64,000 nt of DNA from Eledone cirrhosa (Eukaryota). Within the stretch, counting starts at the first letter, position 1; every line of letters begins with the position of its first letter. Under the pieces are notes generated by a model that was not told where the DNA came from, made no database searches, and saw only the letters and a list, made by a program, of their open reading frames with translations. Of the stretch, positions 1-13,386 are shown one piece after another. Location: NCBI GenBank assembly GCA_964016885.1, contig OZ024745.1, forward strand, positions 120,342,001 to 120,406,000, in the 5' to 3' direction. The translations under genes were made by a program, and so were the position numbers.

Positions 1-354
1 TAAATACGTATATAACAAGCGCACACACATACCTACATGTAAATACACATATGTTCGGAGACGTACGTCAACCAAAACACGAAATACACATATACACACA
101 CCCTACATACGTACGAATCTACATACTCATGCAGACGCAAAACTCACGTATACACATAACCAAAAGCATATGTACCAGAATATATAAAAATATACGCCAT
201 AACATAAACAATCAAATATACGTACGAGAAAGTATACGTACCTTCACAAAACATACAGGTAATATATACTTACCTATACAAATAAGTAATGGTATAAACA
301 TAACATATACTTAGCTACCACATCAAGACGTAAAATATCCGCGTATAGATCGTA

Positions 355-815
355 CTATCCGTTAGGGTATAATGTTTGGCTGTAATACAGGAAAGTTTTG
401 TGCAATTTATGTTTACAAGCCGAAATTGCCTCAGATCTTTTGTTTAAGATGTGGTCTTTGGCGTAGAGTATTACCAGGGCCTCAGCGCCGCAGAGGTCAC
501 ATGGTCTTTTATTTCCGTTATACGATCTAGCCTTAGCTACGATCTCCCAGTGTAACTTATATTGCGTGTGGTTGTCTTTTAGACTCCAGATATAAGCTGA
601 AAGTGACGTCATATTCCTTCTTAAAGGGTAAAGAAAAGAATGGGTATGCATGTAAAGACGCTGCTTGAATCTATTAGCGATTAACCCTATGTAGACCCTA
701 CGGGACGTGGGTGTTTCAACCTTACATTTGTAGACAATGTTACTAGAGAGGCATTTCCCGGATAGGGGGCAGTCACCCCGATTCCTACAATTACAGTTAG
801 TACTAACTACAGGGT
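355..815 (-). mobile_element. Penelope-like element 3' fragment: Cys-rich GIY-YIG endonuclease (Naiad/Hydra-like type)
   Basis: Translation CNCRNRGDCPLSGKCLSSNIVYKCKV...VYIGLIANRFKQRLYMH...TSLSAYIW...CDLCGAE...ILNKRSEAISACKH shows the VY/YIG strands, catalytic R, E and N, and Zn-binding Cys. The 5' side is truncated at an (AT)n tract; the ORF's IYIY leader is microsatellite. Confidence 0.85.
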
Positions 816-854
816 TGCACGTGTTCCTACATGTATGTATGTATATATGTATAC

Positions 855-932
<78 letters not shown>

Positions 933-1219
933 TCCGACATAGCATGATTCATACGTGACTGAAGTTATATATTGAATAATATACAAAATGTTCATGTATA
1001 TAAACATTAAATAAAACCAGCCAGCTTTTACTCTGTATGCGAATGAGCTTCATCAATCGATGTTCATAAAAAGGAATACTATAAGATTTTAGCTTCTTTA
1101 TGTCTGAGAAGACGATTAAAGAACCAGAAACGACCGTTAGGATGTTTTGTCTTGGGTGCCAAGACCAGCGGTGAATTTCACCACTCTTAAAATTCATAGC
1201 AAGGCGGTAATATTGTCTA

Positions 1220-1401
1220 TCTATACATATATATAAAACTGAAATTGTCTATCTGTGTGTCCTAAGTGTTGCAAAGTCTATACAAATCTACATTTCTACT
1301 CCGATTAACTTCAAACTTGCATTTATATATTCCTTGCTGTCTAAAGATATTAACTGCAGCTTTTATTTTTTAATTTTCTGTTGTTAAAGGGTGTTAGGCG
1401 C

Positions 1402-1492
<91 letters not shown>

Positions 1493-1800
1493 CTTTCTTA
1501 GTCTGTCTTTTTGGATAGATACATAGCTATAACGCCGCGCCCTTATAATATCTGTCTGTATGTATGATTGTCTGCATTACGACAAACGTTTTTCTCATTG
1601 GTGACGTATTATCTTCGTTATTTTCCGTTCAGGGAACGTCTTTACGAACCAAAGTATCGTCTTCCTGCTTTCCTTTGGTTGCGACATTTTTCGAAATATT
1701 TACTTCTGCTTTCACAGATTGATTTTTTAGTTTCAGAAGATCCCGTTAAGGGCGAAAGCAGTGATTCTTTGCTTAAACTTTAATCTGTTATTTTAATATA

Positions 1801-1844
<44 letters not shown>

Positions 1845-2762
1845 TATATTCGTGTACAGATATTTTTGCATACACAAAAACAAAATTTAAACAAACTTAT
1901 TTATTTCACGAAAGCACAGACGGCTTATCGTCATTGTTACTGCCGATGTGCCACCCAAAATATCCCACTACTTTTGGCACAAGGCCACCAATTACATAGT
2001 CAACAGTTCCGAAATCACATACATCACTGACGAGTTTACCCCTTACTCTACCTGTTAGTCTTAGTGTACTTCGTCCTGCTTTTAGGTCATGCTTCAAAGG
2101 AAGAGATATTCCATTGGCCGAAATACTGCGAAAGCGGCAAGAAAAAGAACAAGGCGGGAAAACGAATCGTCAGTGGAATCTGCTATTCGACGGTCGCAAG
2201 ATGCTGAACGTACTTCCACCAGAAGAGCACTTGAAACAGACAAACAACGAACCATTCGTCGAACCGTGTCAGCTTTGCAATGTCTCTCAACAAATCCCAG
2301 GGTCAGACACTACCTGTTGCTGGTCTTCTTTTGGAAGAGTCATGTTTTTCACAGGGGCAACTATACGTTGGCTGCTCAAGAGTGGGAAGCAAGACAAATC
2401 TCTTTGCATATGCCCGACACGGAAGAACAAGGAACATTGTGTACAAGGAGGTGCTACAATCATTGTTTAGGTAGACGAGGCAGAAGGGGATATACACGAT
2501 TGGCTGAAAAAGGACGATACTGTGTTAGTAGTACAACCAACGGCTGCTATCACACCAACAGCAGCAAAAATAACAACAAAAAAGAGAGGGGACGCAATTA
2601 CATGGTTTTGAAAAATCTTAATGGAAAATTATTTACCTAAGCACAAAATGTAGACACCATCCCCAGGCCGAGGTATTCCGTACTTCTCTGTACTTTTTCA
2701 GAAAGGGATAAAAATGCCAATCTATGTTTAGAAGCCCGAGCAACGCCGGGCTATTCTGTTAG
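1220..2762 (+). mobile_element. Non-autonomous, internally deleted Helitron
   Basis: 5' A|TC start (tctatacatatatataaaactg). 3' GC hairpin gcccgagcaacgccgggc followed by tgTTAG|T. Internally, a RepHel N-terminus (MLQRKRYSIGRNTAKAARKR...) is joined to the Pif1-like helicase C-terminus (AMSLNKSQGQTL...CFSQGQLYVGCSRV...TRNIVYKEVL, 2280-2474). Confidence 0.9.
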
Positions 2763-2808
2763 TTTACATAACATGACTTATATCATTCAATGTACAACAC
2801 CAGTCACA

Positions 2809-2900
2809 TATATATATTGTGTCGTCAAGTATGAAATCTGTAGAAATTTCTTTTTCTAGATATTTCTACGAATTTCATACTTGACGACCCAATATGTATG
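2809..2900. repeat. Imperfect ~40-bp-arm inverted repeat (hairpin)
   Basis: tattgtgtcgtcaagtatgaaatctgtagaaat ... atttctacgaatttcatacttgacgacccaata. Confidence 0.85.
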
Positions 2901-3506
2901 TGCGTGCGTGTGTATGTGGGTGTGAGTGTGTGTGTATGTGTGAGTGTGTGTGTGTATGTGTGAGTGTGTGTGTGCGCGCGTGCATGAGTGCATTCGTATG
3001 TATTTGTGCATTATGAAACGTTAACCTAATGTATCACTTCCATATACTGTACCTATTGTGTTGTTATTTCTGTTTACATTTTACATACATATATATATAT
3101 ATATATATTTGGGTGTGTGTGTCTGTGTGTGTGTGTGTGTGTGTCTGTGTGTATAGTGCCTGGAATGCTAAGACCGGGGAGCTCACTAATCATGGGAATA
3201 CTCAATGCATGGGGAGATACAGAGTTGGTATAGAGATATCACGCCTTGCCTGTCCAGATACACTTTCTCCGCCAGACCAGTTTACTACTATGATAAATTC
3301 AACCAAAGTAGTACTAAGACAAATGACCTGTTATCTCATACCCTACAATTAATACTCCAGCCTCACAAAGGCTTCGTCAGCATGCAAGCCGAAACCACTT
3401 GGCACTGCGGTCGGGATTTTACATCTCTCTTACTCTCTCTTTCTCCCCCCTCTCTCTCCCTCTCCCTCCCCCCTCTCTCTCTCTTTCTCTCTCTCTCTCC
3501 CCCCCC

Positions 3507-3549
<43 letters not shown>

Positions 3550-4024
3550 GGATTTTGACACTCAGGTATTGGTGTTTTACACTCCACTTGTGTCTCAGTT
3601 GCTCTTAAAACGCACCACCCGATGATAGTGTAAGAATTGTAATTCTTTACATTTCTCGAATCTGACACAGTTAATACTTTCCAAATCTTTCAAATTTTGA
3701 TATTGTATGTATGTATGTACATATTTACGTATGTACATATGTACATATGTACATATGTACGTATGTACGTATGTACGTATATATGTAAGTATAAATACCT
3801 GAAGTACCCAGTGCTGTCCGTCATAATCACATTACATCACTGTACCTTTAAATTTCTAATGATTTTAAATTAACAATTAACACAATAATAATCTTACTTT
3901 CTTACATCTACACACCATCTTCCTCATTTATCATCTTCCTTTTTTGTTGGGATTTCTTTATGTCCCTCATTTCTCTTAGGTTCCTTTTTAGTTTTCTTTT
4001 CGTGTTATTTTCTTCGTTTTTTAA

Positions 4025-4410
<386 letters not shown>

Positions 4411-4756
4411 GGACTTGTTTTAAGCTGTTTGTTACCCTTTAATCAGTTCAAATTCTGTATGTCTTTCTTTGAAATCTGTTTAAGGAAGAAGAACAAGTGA
4501 GTTGTGGTTTGGTTTGTTGTTGTTTTTTGGTTGGTTTGGCGTACGCTATGTGAATAGATTTACTTCTACAACCATTAAGCAACCTTATTTGATCCAATTG
4601 AGGAAAATGTTTCATATAGAAGCTGTCTTCGTATTTTAGCTTGCTTCCACCTGGTTAATCAGATTGAATAAGTGCAAGGAAGAATGAAATTACTATATAA
4701 TTAAACAACTAACTGTACTAGGTATCTCTCAGAACCGAAGTGCATTATTTTGTAAT

Positions 4757-4943
4757 GGTGGTGAATTGGCAGTATCGGTAGAGGGTTGGACGCCATGCTT
4801 TCTAGCATAGTTACGTCCCTTTACAGTCTGAGTTCAAATCCCGCCGAGGTTAACTTTGCCTTTCTTCCTTACGGTGGTCGATAAAATAAAGTACCAGTAA
4901 TGTACTGGGTATTTGCTGGCCTTGTGCCAAAAGTAGAAACAAA
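4757..4943 (+). mobile_element. tRNA-derived SINE, family A (octopus-like)
   Basis: A-box-like tggcagtatcgg, B-box gagttcaaatcc, core gaggttaactttgcctt...gtcgataaaataaagtaccagt; more than 15 copies in the window. Confidence 0.85.
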
Positions 4944-5426
4944 TATTTTGTAATTGTTGTTGTTGAGTCAATTTGAAAATTATGATAGAAGTTTAAACAT
5001 AAACCTGACTCAGGTTCAGTCAAGTAACAACTCAACATATATTTTGAACTCAACTTAAAAAGTATATTTTTTTAGGGAAATTCTCTCCTGTCGTTTCACT
5101 GAGCTAAGAGAAAGAGAGGGGTCAAGACAGCATGACAGAAAGTATGGGAGATATAGAAAACACTGACTAACGTAGAGAGAGGGGTGAGTGAGAGAGGGGG
5201 GGAGACAGTGAGAGAGTGTGGGAGAAAGAGAGGGTGAGAGAGAGTGGGGAGAGGGAGAGAGAGGGGTGGGGGAGAGAGAGAGGGGGAGACAGTGAGAGAG
5301 TGTGGGAGAAAGAGAGGGGGGAGAAAGAGAGAATGAGAGAGAGTGGGGAGAAATAGGGAGAGAGTGGGGGAGAGGGAGTGGGAAGAGAGAGCGAGTGGAA
5401 GAGAGAGTGAGAGAGATAGAGAGAGC

Positions 5427-5490
<64 letters not shown>

Positions 5491-5496
<6 letters not shown>

Positions 5497-5832
5497 TGTA
5501 ATAAGCAGCATAAGATACTTATTTCATTTACCAGTGGTTTCTTGAAGACAGATGTTGTGTCTGTCTTCAGTCGTCAGAATGAATAAAAAAAACATGGTGC
5601 ATCTATCAAATATGAATTCGAAAACAAAATTTAGGAAATATGAAAGTGAGGACGAAAAAACGGGCGTTTTTTTCAGCCTCACTTTCACACTTCTCAAATT
5701 CTGCTTTCAAATCCATATTTAATAAACACACCATGCCCCCCATTCACTCCGACGACCGAAGACAGACACAACATCTGACATCAAGAAACCACTGGTAAAT
5801 GAAACAATTATCTTATGTTTATTACATAACTA
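5491..5832. repeat. ~170-bp-arm fold-back (PLE-tail derived) inserted next to (AT)n
   Basis: Arms pair almost continuously around a centre at ~5663; each arm carries an HHR motif. Confidence 0.9.
5523..5583 (-). ncRNA. Type I hammerhead ribozyme motif
   Basis: Minus strand: stem I ttcatt / CTGACGA / stem II tgaagacaga..tctgtcttca / GAAA / stem III cca-c-tgg / TA / stem I' aatgaa. A mutated mirror copy lies on + at 5743-5803. Confidence 0.8.
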
Positions 5833-5897
5833 ATAAGCTCTGTAACCCAAATAGAGCACTCTTTTTTCCTGTACTTTTCCGACGGAATTACTTCATT

Positions 5898-5992
<95 letters not shown>

Positions 5993-6417
5993 GGAAAAAA
6001 TGAAACGAAATTTCATTTCCCACTCTTAGTACGGCTGTTACTTAAATATAAGTATGTACACGTACATACATATATGTATACAGACGTACAGTAGTATGTA
6101 TATATATATACATAGATGCACACATATATATATGTACGTATGGATTCACCGAACATTTATTATAATGCTCGGTGTGTTTGTAAACAAACATCCCGTATTA
6201 AGCCGTAGTGTCCAGCAACCATCGTTGCTCGTTTGTTCAACACTGACAAAGGAACGCTGTACTAGTTTCAAGCTTATTAGCTATCGTCAGCAACGCATAA
6301 CTTCCTGCCAGATTGTTGGTGAATCCATACGTACATATATATATGTGTGCATGTATGTATATATATATATACATACTACTGTACGTCTGTATACATATAT
6401 GTATGTACGTGTACATA

Positions 6418-6468
<51 letters not shown>

Positions 6469-6505
6469 ATATAAGATCAAAAGATGGTTAAAGGAGTTCC
6501 ATATA

Positions 6506-6572
6506 TTTTATTATGCGCATTTCAAAAACAAACATCATCAAGCAATAATATTTGTGTTTTCATCAGATAAAA
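6506..6572 (-). ncRNA. Type I hammerhead ribozyme motif (mirror copy)
   Basis: Exact reverse complement of 6686-6752. Confidence 0.8.
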
Positions 6573-6685
6573 CAGGAGAACATGATATGAAGGCTAAAAA
6601 ACACTTGTTGATAGTGCAGTTTTAAATCAACATATCAACTGCACTATCAACAAGTGTTTTTTAGCCTTCATATCATGTTCTCCTG

Positions 6686-6752
6686 TTTTATCTGATGAAA
6701 ACACAAATATTATTGCTTGATGATGTTTGTTTTTGAAATGCGCATAATAAAA
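6686..6752 (+). ncRNA. Type I hammerhead ribozyme motif
   Basis: ttttat / CTGATGA / stem II aaacacaaat...gtttgttttt / GAAA / palindromic stem III tgcgca / TA / ataaaa. This is the minimal-HHR layout typical of PLE pseudo-LTRs. Confidence 0.85.
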
Positions 6753-6875
6753 TATATGGAACTCCTTTAACCATCTTTTGATCTTATATTATGCATACTC
6801 CAGTCCCACAAACTGTAGAGTGCTTCTTATCCGATATCTGCATTGCTTTATTGTACTACAATAAAACTCACCTCC

Positions 6876-6940
<65 letters not shown>

Positions 6941-7049
6941 GTATTATATCCATGCATAACATTCAGATTTCACAGTTTCAACCAATTTCTTCTAGAAAAA
7001 AAGGGGAAGTAATAGAGAGGAGACGAGAAAGAGATATAGAGGAATAATT

Positions 7050-7489
7050 GAGCCCAGCACACAACTGGTACTTTATAGACCGCGAAAGGATGAAATGAGT
7101 TTTTAAAATTTAATCAATTAATGTTTTGTATTTTTGGCCCAAGGTGAGCAATGTTAGACATTTAGGGGAAAAGGTCGATTGATTAAACTACCTCAATATT
7201 TTACTGGTATTTTATTTTATCGATCCCGAAGGTTAAAAGGCAAAGTCGACTTCGGTGGGATTTAAACTCAGAATGAATTTAATCAATTAATAATTGTTTC
7301 TACTTTTGGCACAAGGCCAGCAATTATCCAGTGCATTACTGGTACTTTATTTTATCGACTCCGTAAAGATGAAAGGCAAAGTTAACCTCGGCGGGATTTT
7401 GATATATCACTATCCCTCTCTCTATGTATCACTCTCTAATTCTCACTCTCCCTCCCTCTGTCTATATATCTCTCACCCCACCCCTTCTG

Positions 7490-7564
<75 letters not shown>

Positions 7565-7593
7565 CTGTCTATGTATCTCCCTCCCTCACCCTG

Positions 7594-7631
<38 letters not shown>

Positions 7632-7825
7632 TTGTTTTTTTTGGTGGGGAGGAGAGCGTCGATTAAATCGACCCAGTACATTACTGGTACTTTATTTTAT
7701 CGACCCCGTAAAGATGAAAAGCAAAGTTTAACCTCGGCGGGACTTGAACTCAGAACGCGAAGGGCCGAAACTCTATGCCACGCAGCATATTGTCCGAGGC
7801 TATACCGATATAACCAACCCACCAC
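7050..7825 (-). mobile_element. Cluster of four SINE family A copies/fragments
   Basis: Repeated actggtactttattttatcgac...gatgaaaggcaaagt...gaactcaga at ~7050, ~7190, ~7293 and ~7657. Confidence 0.8.
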
Positions 7826-8224
7826 TTTTCTAATCAATTAATAACACTTGTGAGGAGAGGAGAGATTTTAGCTCCATGACTAATATAGCTATATAAATAT
7901 ATTTACCTCTGTATGTTCCCCTCTCACTAAAGATTAGGGAGTTAATCTGTAGAAAAGAATGGACCCGTAGCTTCTGATACTAATTCTTCTCACACCTACA
8001 GCTATACATACACAAAACATCTCTCTCTCTCTCTACGTCTCTTATCTATCTTCTTCTCTGTCTATCTTACCCCCCTCTCTCTCTCCATATCTCTTATATC
8101 CCCACTCTCTCTCTCATAACCTCTCTCTTACCCTCTCTCTATCTCCTGCACATTGTTTATCCATTTCCTCTTCTCTTCTCCTCTTCCGCCTCCACCTCTT
8201 TGTACATGTACTTTCTCTCTTTAT

Positions 8225-8299
<75 letters not shown>

Positions 8300-8309
8300 T
8301 CTCTCTCTC

Positions 8310-8800
8310 AGACACACATACACAGCTACACACAGTCACGCACACACACATAACCACACACACACAGCTACACACACAGTCACACACACAGCCACAAACA
8401 CACCCAACAGGCACACACAGCCACACACACGCAGCCACACACACAGAGTTACACACACACAGCCATACACACAGCCACAAACACACACACAAACACACAC
8501 ACACACACACGAACACACACACAGCCACACACACACACACACACACACAGCCACACACACACACACACACACAGTTACACACACACAGCCATACACACAG
8601 CCACAAACACAAACACACACACAAACACACAAACAAACACACAAACACACACATACACACACACACACACACACAGCCACACACAGCCACACACAGCCAC
8701 ACTCACACAAACACACACAGCCACACACACACAAACACACACACACACAGCCACACACACATCCACACACACACACACAGCCACACACACACACACAATC
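8310..8800. repeat. Degenerate (CA)n satellite with cagcca interruptions
   Basis: Direct reading. Confidence 0.9.
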
Positions 8801-8946
8801 ACGCTCTAACAGACACAGTCATATATGTATAAAAACCAAAGTGCAAAGAAGAGAATAACTGCGAAGGGGGGGGGGAGTAGGGGTTGGTAATAGAGAATGG
8901 TATTAGTGAGATATGACAGAGTTAATACAGTTGGGGGGGGGCAGAG

Positions 8947-8978
<32 letters not shown>

Positions 8979-11802
8979 CACTACTACTACTACTACTACC
9001 ACTACCACCACTACTACTACTACTACCACTACTACTACAACAACTACTACTACTACTACAACTACAACAACTACTACAACTACTACTACAACTACTACAA
9101 CTACTACTACAACTACAACTACAATAACTACTACAACAACTACTACCACTACTACTACTACAACAACTACTACCACTACTACTACTACTACCACTACTAC
9201 TACAACAACTACTACTACTACTACAACTACAACAACTACTACAACTACTACTACAACTACTACAACTACTACTACAACTACAACTACAATAACTACTACA
9301 ACAACTACTACCACTACTACTACTACAACAACTACTACCACTACTACTACTACTACCACTACTACTACAACTACTACAACTACTACTACAACTACAACTA
9401 CAATAACTACTACAACAACTACTACAACAACTACTACAACAACTACTACAACTACTACTACAACTACAACTACAATAACTACTACAACAACTACTACCAC
9501 TACTACTACAACAACTACTACTACTACTACAACTACTACAACTACAACTACAATAACTACTACAACAACTACTACTACTACTACAACTACTACAACTACA
9601 ACTACAATAACTACAACAACTACTACAACAACTACAACAACTACAACAACTACTACAACTACTACAACTACAATAACTACAACAACTACTACAACAACTA
9701 CAACAACTACAACAACTACTACAACTACTACAACTACAACAACTACTACAACAACTACTACAACAACTACAACAACTACAACAACTACTACAACTACTAC
9801 AACTACAACAACTACTACAACAACGACTACTACAACTACTACAACAACAACTACAACAACTACTACTACTACTACAACAACTACAACAACTACAACAACT
9901 ACTACAACAACTACTACTACAACTACTACAACAACAACTACAACAACTACTACTACTACTATAACAACAACAACTACTACAACAACTACAACAACTACCA
10001 CAACAACAACAACTACAACTACAACAACAACAACAACAACAACTAATACTACAACTACTACTACAACAACTACAACAACAACTACAACAACTACTACAAC
10101 AACAACAACTACAACAACAACAACTACAACAACTACCACAACTACAACAACTACCACAACTACCACAACAACAACAACAACTACAACAACTACCAGACTT
10201 ACAACAACAACTACCACCACCACAACAGCAGCAACAACTACCACCACCATAACAGCAGCAACAACTACCACCACCACAACAACAACAACAACAACTACCA
10301 CCACAACAACAGCAACAACAACTACCACCACCACCACAACAACAACAACAACAACTACCACCACCACCACAACAACAACAACAACAACTACCACCACCAT
10401 AACAACAACAACAACAACAACAACAACTACCACCACCACAACAGCAGCAACAACAACTACCACCACCACCACAACAACAACAACAACAACTACCACCACC
10501 ACAACAGCAACAACAACTACCACCACCACCACAACAGCAACAACAACAAACACACTTACAACAACAACTACCACCACCCACAACAGCAACAACTACCACC
10601 ACCACAACAGCAACAACAACAAACACACTTACAACAACAACTACCACCACCACCACAACAACAACAACAACAACAACAACAACTACCACCACCACAAACA
10701 GCAAGCAACAACAACTACCACCACCACCACAACAACAACAACAACTACCACCACCACCACCACAACAACAACAACAACTACCACCACCACCACCCACAAC
10801 AACAACAACAACTACCACCACCACAACAGCAACAACAACTACCACCACCACCACAACAGCAACAACAACAAACACACTTACAACAACAACTACCACCACC
10901 ACAACAGCAACAACTACCACCACCACAACAACAACAACAACAAACACACTTACAACAACAACTACCACCACCACCACAACAACAACAACAACTACCACCA
11001 CCACAACAGCAACAACTACCACCACCACAACAGCAACAACTACCACCAACACAACAGCAACAACAACAACAACTACCACACTTACAACAACAACTACCAC
11101 CACCACAACAGCAACAACAACTACCACCACCACAACAGCAACAACAACTACCACCACCCACAACAGCAACAACAAATACCACCACCACAACAGCAACAAC
11201 AAATACCACCACCACCACAACAACAACAACAACAACTACCACCACCACAACAGCAACAACTACCACCACCACAACAGCAACAACTACCACCACCACAACA
11301 GCAACAACAACAAACACACTTACAACAACAACAACTACCACCACCACAACAGCAACAACTACCACCACCACAACAACAACAACAACAAACACACTTACAA
11401 CAACAACTACCACCACCACAACAGCAACAACAACCCCCACCACCACCACGAAAGCAATAACAAATACCACCACCACAACAGCAACAACAACTACCCCCAC
11501 CACAACAGCAACAACAACAACAACTACCACTACCACAACAGCAACAACAACTACCACCACCACAACAGCAACAACAACTACCACCACCACAACAGCAACA
11601 ACAACTACCACCACCGCAGCAGCAACAACAACTACCACCACCACAACAGCAACAACAACTACCACCGCCACAACAGCAACAACAGCTACCACCACCACAA
11701 CAGCAACAACAACTACCACCACCACAACAGCAACAACAACTACCACCACCACAACAGCAACAACAAATACCACCACCACAACAGCAACAACAACTCAACA
11801 AC
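8947..11802. repeat. 2.85-kb compound trinucleotide array (ACT > ACA > ACC/AGC)
   Basis: Direct reading; produces poly-Y/N/V/C pseudo-ORFs. Confidence 0.95.
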
Positions 11803-12204
11803 ATATATTAATTAATAAATAAATAAATAAATAAATGAAGAAATGAAGAAAGAAAGAAAGAACGAAAAAAAGAAATGAATAAATAAATAAATAAATGTAT
11901 CAATGGATGAAGAAAAAAATAAATAATTAAAAATATAGACCTAAAAAGGTCTCAGATTCGCAGAGAAAAACAAAAACCCCAAAATATCATTTTCCCATAA
12001 CAATATGATTCCTAAATCCTTCACTGAAATAATTTCCATCGCTGAAGAGTAACTAAGAGGAGACAACCCCCACCATGTCAATTCTTCATCCTCTTTCAGT
12101 TGATCATTTAAAAAATATGTTGGTTTATGCCGACAAATTGGATAGATAAGATGCCAGATGCCAGATGGCAGATGGTATGTAATATGAAAACGTCATAGGG
12201 TTAA

Positions 12205-12354
12205 ATATACATATATATATATATATATATACATATATACACATATATACACATATATACATACATATATACATACATATATACACATATATATAAATAT
12301 ATACACATATATATACACGTATATACACATATATACACACATATATATATACAC

Positions 12355-12387
<33 letters not shown>

Positions 12388-12411
12388 CACATATATACAC
12401 GTATATACACG

Positions 12412-12463
<52 letters not shown>

Positions 12464-12980
12464 CATACATATATACACATATATACACATATATACACAT
12501 ATATACACATATATACATACATATACACATACATATATACATATATACACATATATAAACATATATACATACATATGTACATATATATACAGATATATAC
12601 GCATATATACATACATATGTACACATATATACACATATATACATACATATATACATACATATATACATACATATATACATACATATATACACATATATAC
12701 GTACATATATACATACAACACATATATACGTACATATATACATACATATATACACATATATACACATATGAACACATATATACGCATATATACACATATA
12801 TACACATATATACATAAATATATACACATATATATAGATATATACACATATATACATACATATGTACACATATATACACATATGAACACATATATAAACA
12901 TATATACATACATATGTACATATATATATACAGATATATACGCATATATACATACATATGTACACATATATACACATATA
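12205..12980. repeat. Degenerate (AT)/(ATATACAC) satellite
   Basis: Direct reading. Confidence 0.95.
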
Positions 12981-13386
12981 TGGTGGCTGCCAACTCGTTT
13001 TCGAGTACGGTCACTACTTTATATCCATGTAGGAGAACGCCTACCGATGCGCTGAACGAGTGTGACTTTTTAGTCCAGCCAGCGACTTGAAAACTCTGGT
13101 ACAAACACTACACTTGTGACAATTATTGACACATAGTGCTGGGCCCATGGTACCATGTGAGGACAAGTGCAGAGAGATCTCCAGATATAAAGCAATGCCT
13201 GTGCCGTGAAGCTTTTATAGTGAGCAAAGGCACTGCACAAAGCCAGTCCCACTCTCTTAACCAAGATGATATTTACCAAAAAGAAGAACAAGTCAACATC
13301 ATTGGATACCATCAGGGCTGCAGGTGTTATATCAGAGTTTTCCTTCTCCTAGAATTCTGCCTTGACAAAGGCTAAGGGGTCATCTC

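Larger units (their letters stand above)
6466..6792. repeat. Perfect palindrome, 156-bp arms with 15-nt spacer, embedded in (AT)n
   Basis: 6466-6621 is the reverse complement of 6637-6792; no mismatch found by eye. The right arm extends unpaired to ~6878. Confidence 0.95.

Noticed and set aside
8806-11804. Long poly-Val/Cys/Tyr/Asn ORFs (up to 809 aa)
   Set aside because: Translations of a trinucleotide array that is open in several frames; no unique sequence or gene signals.
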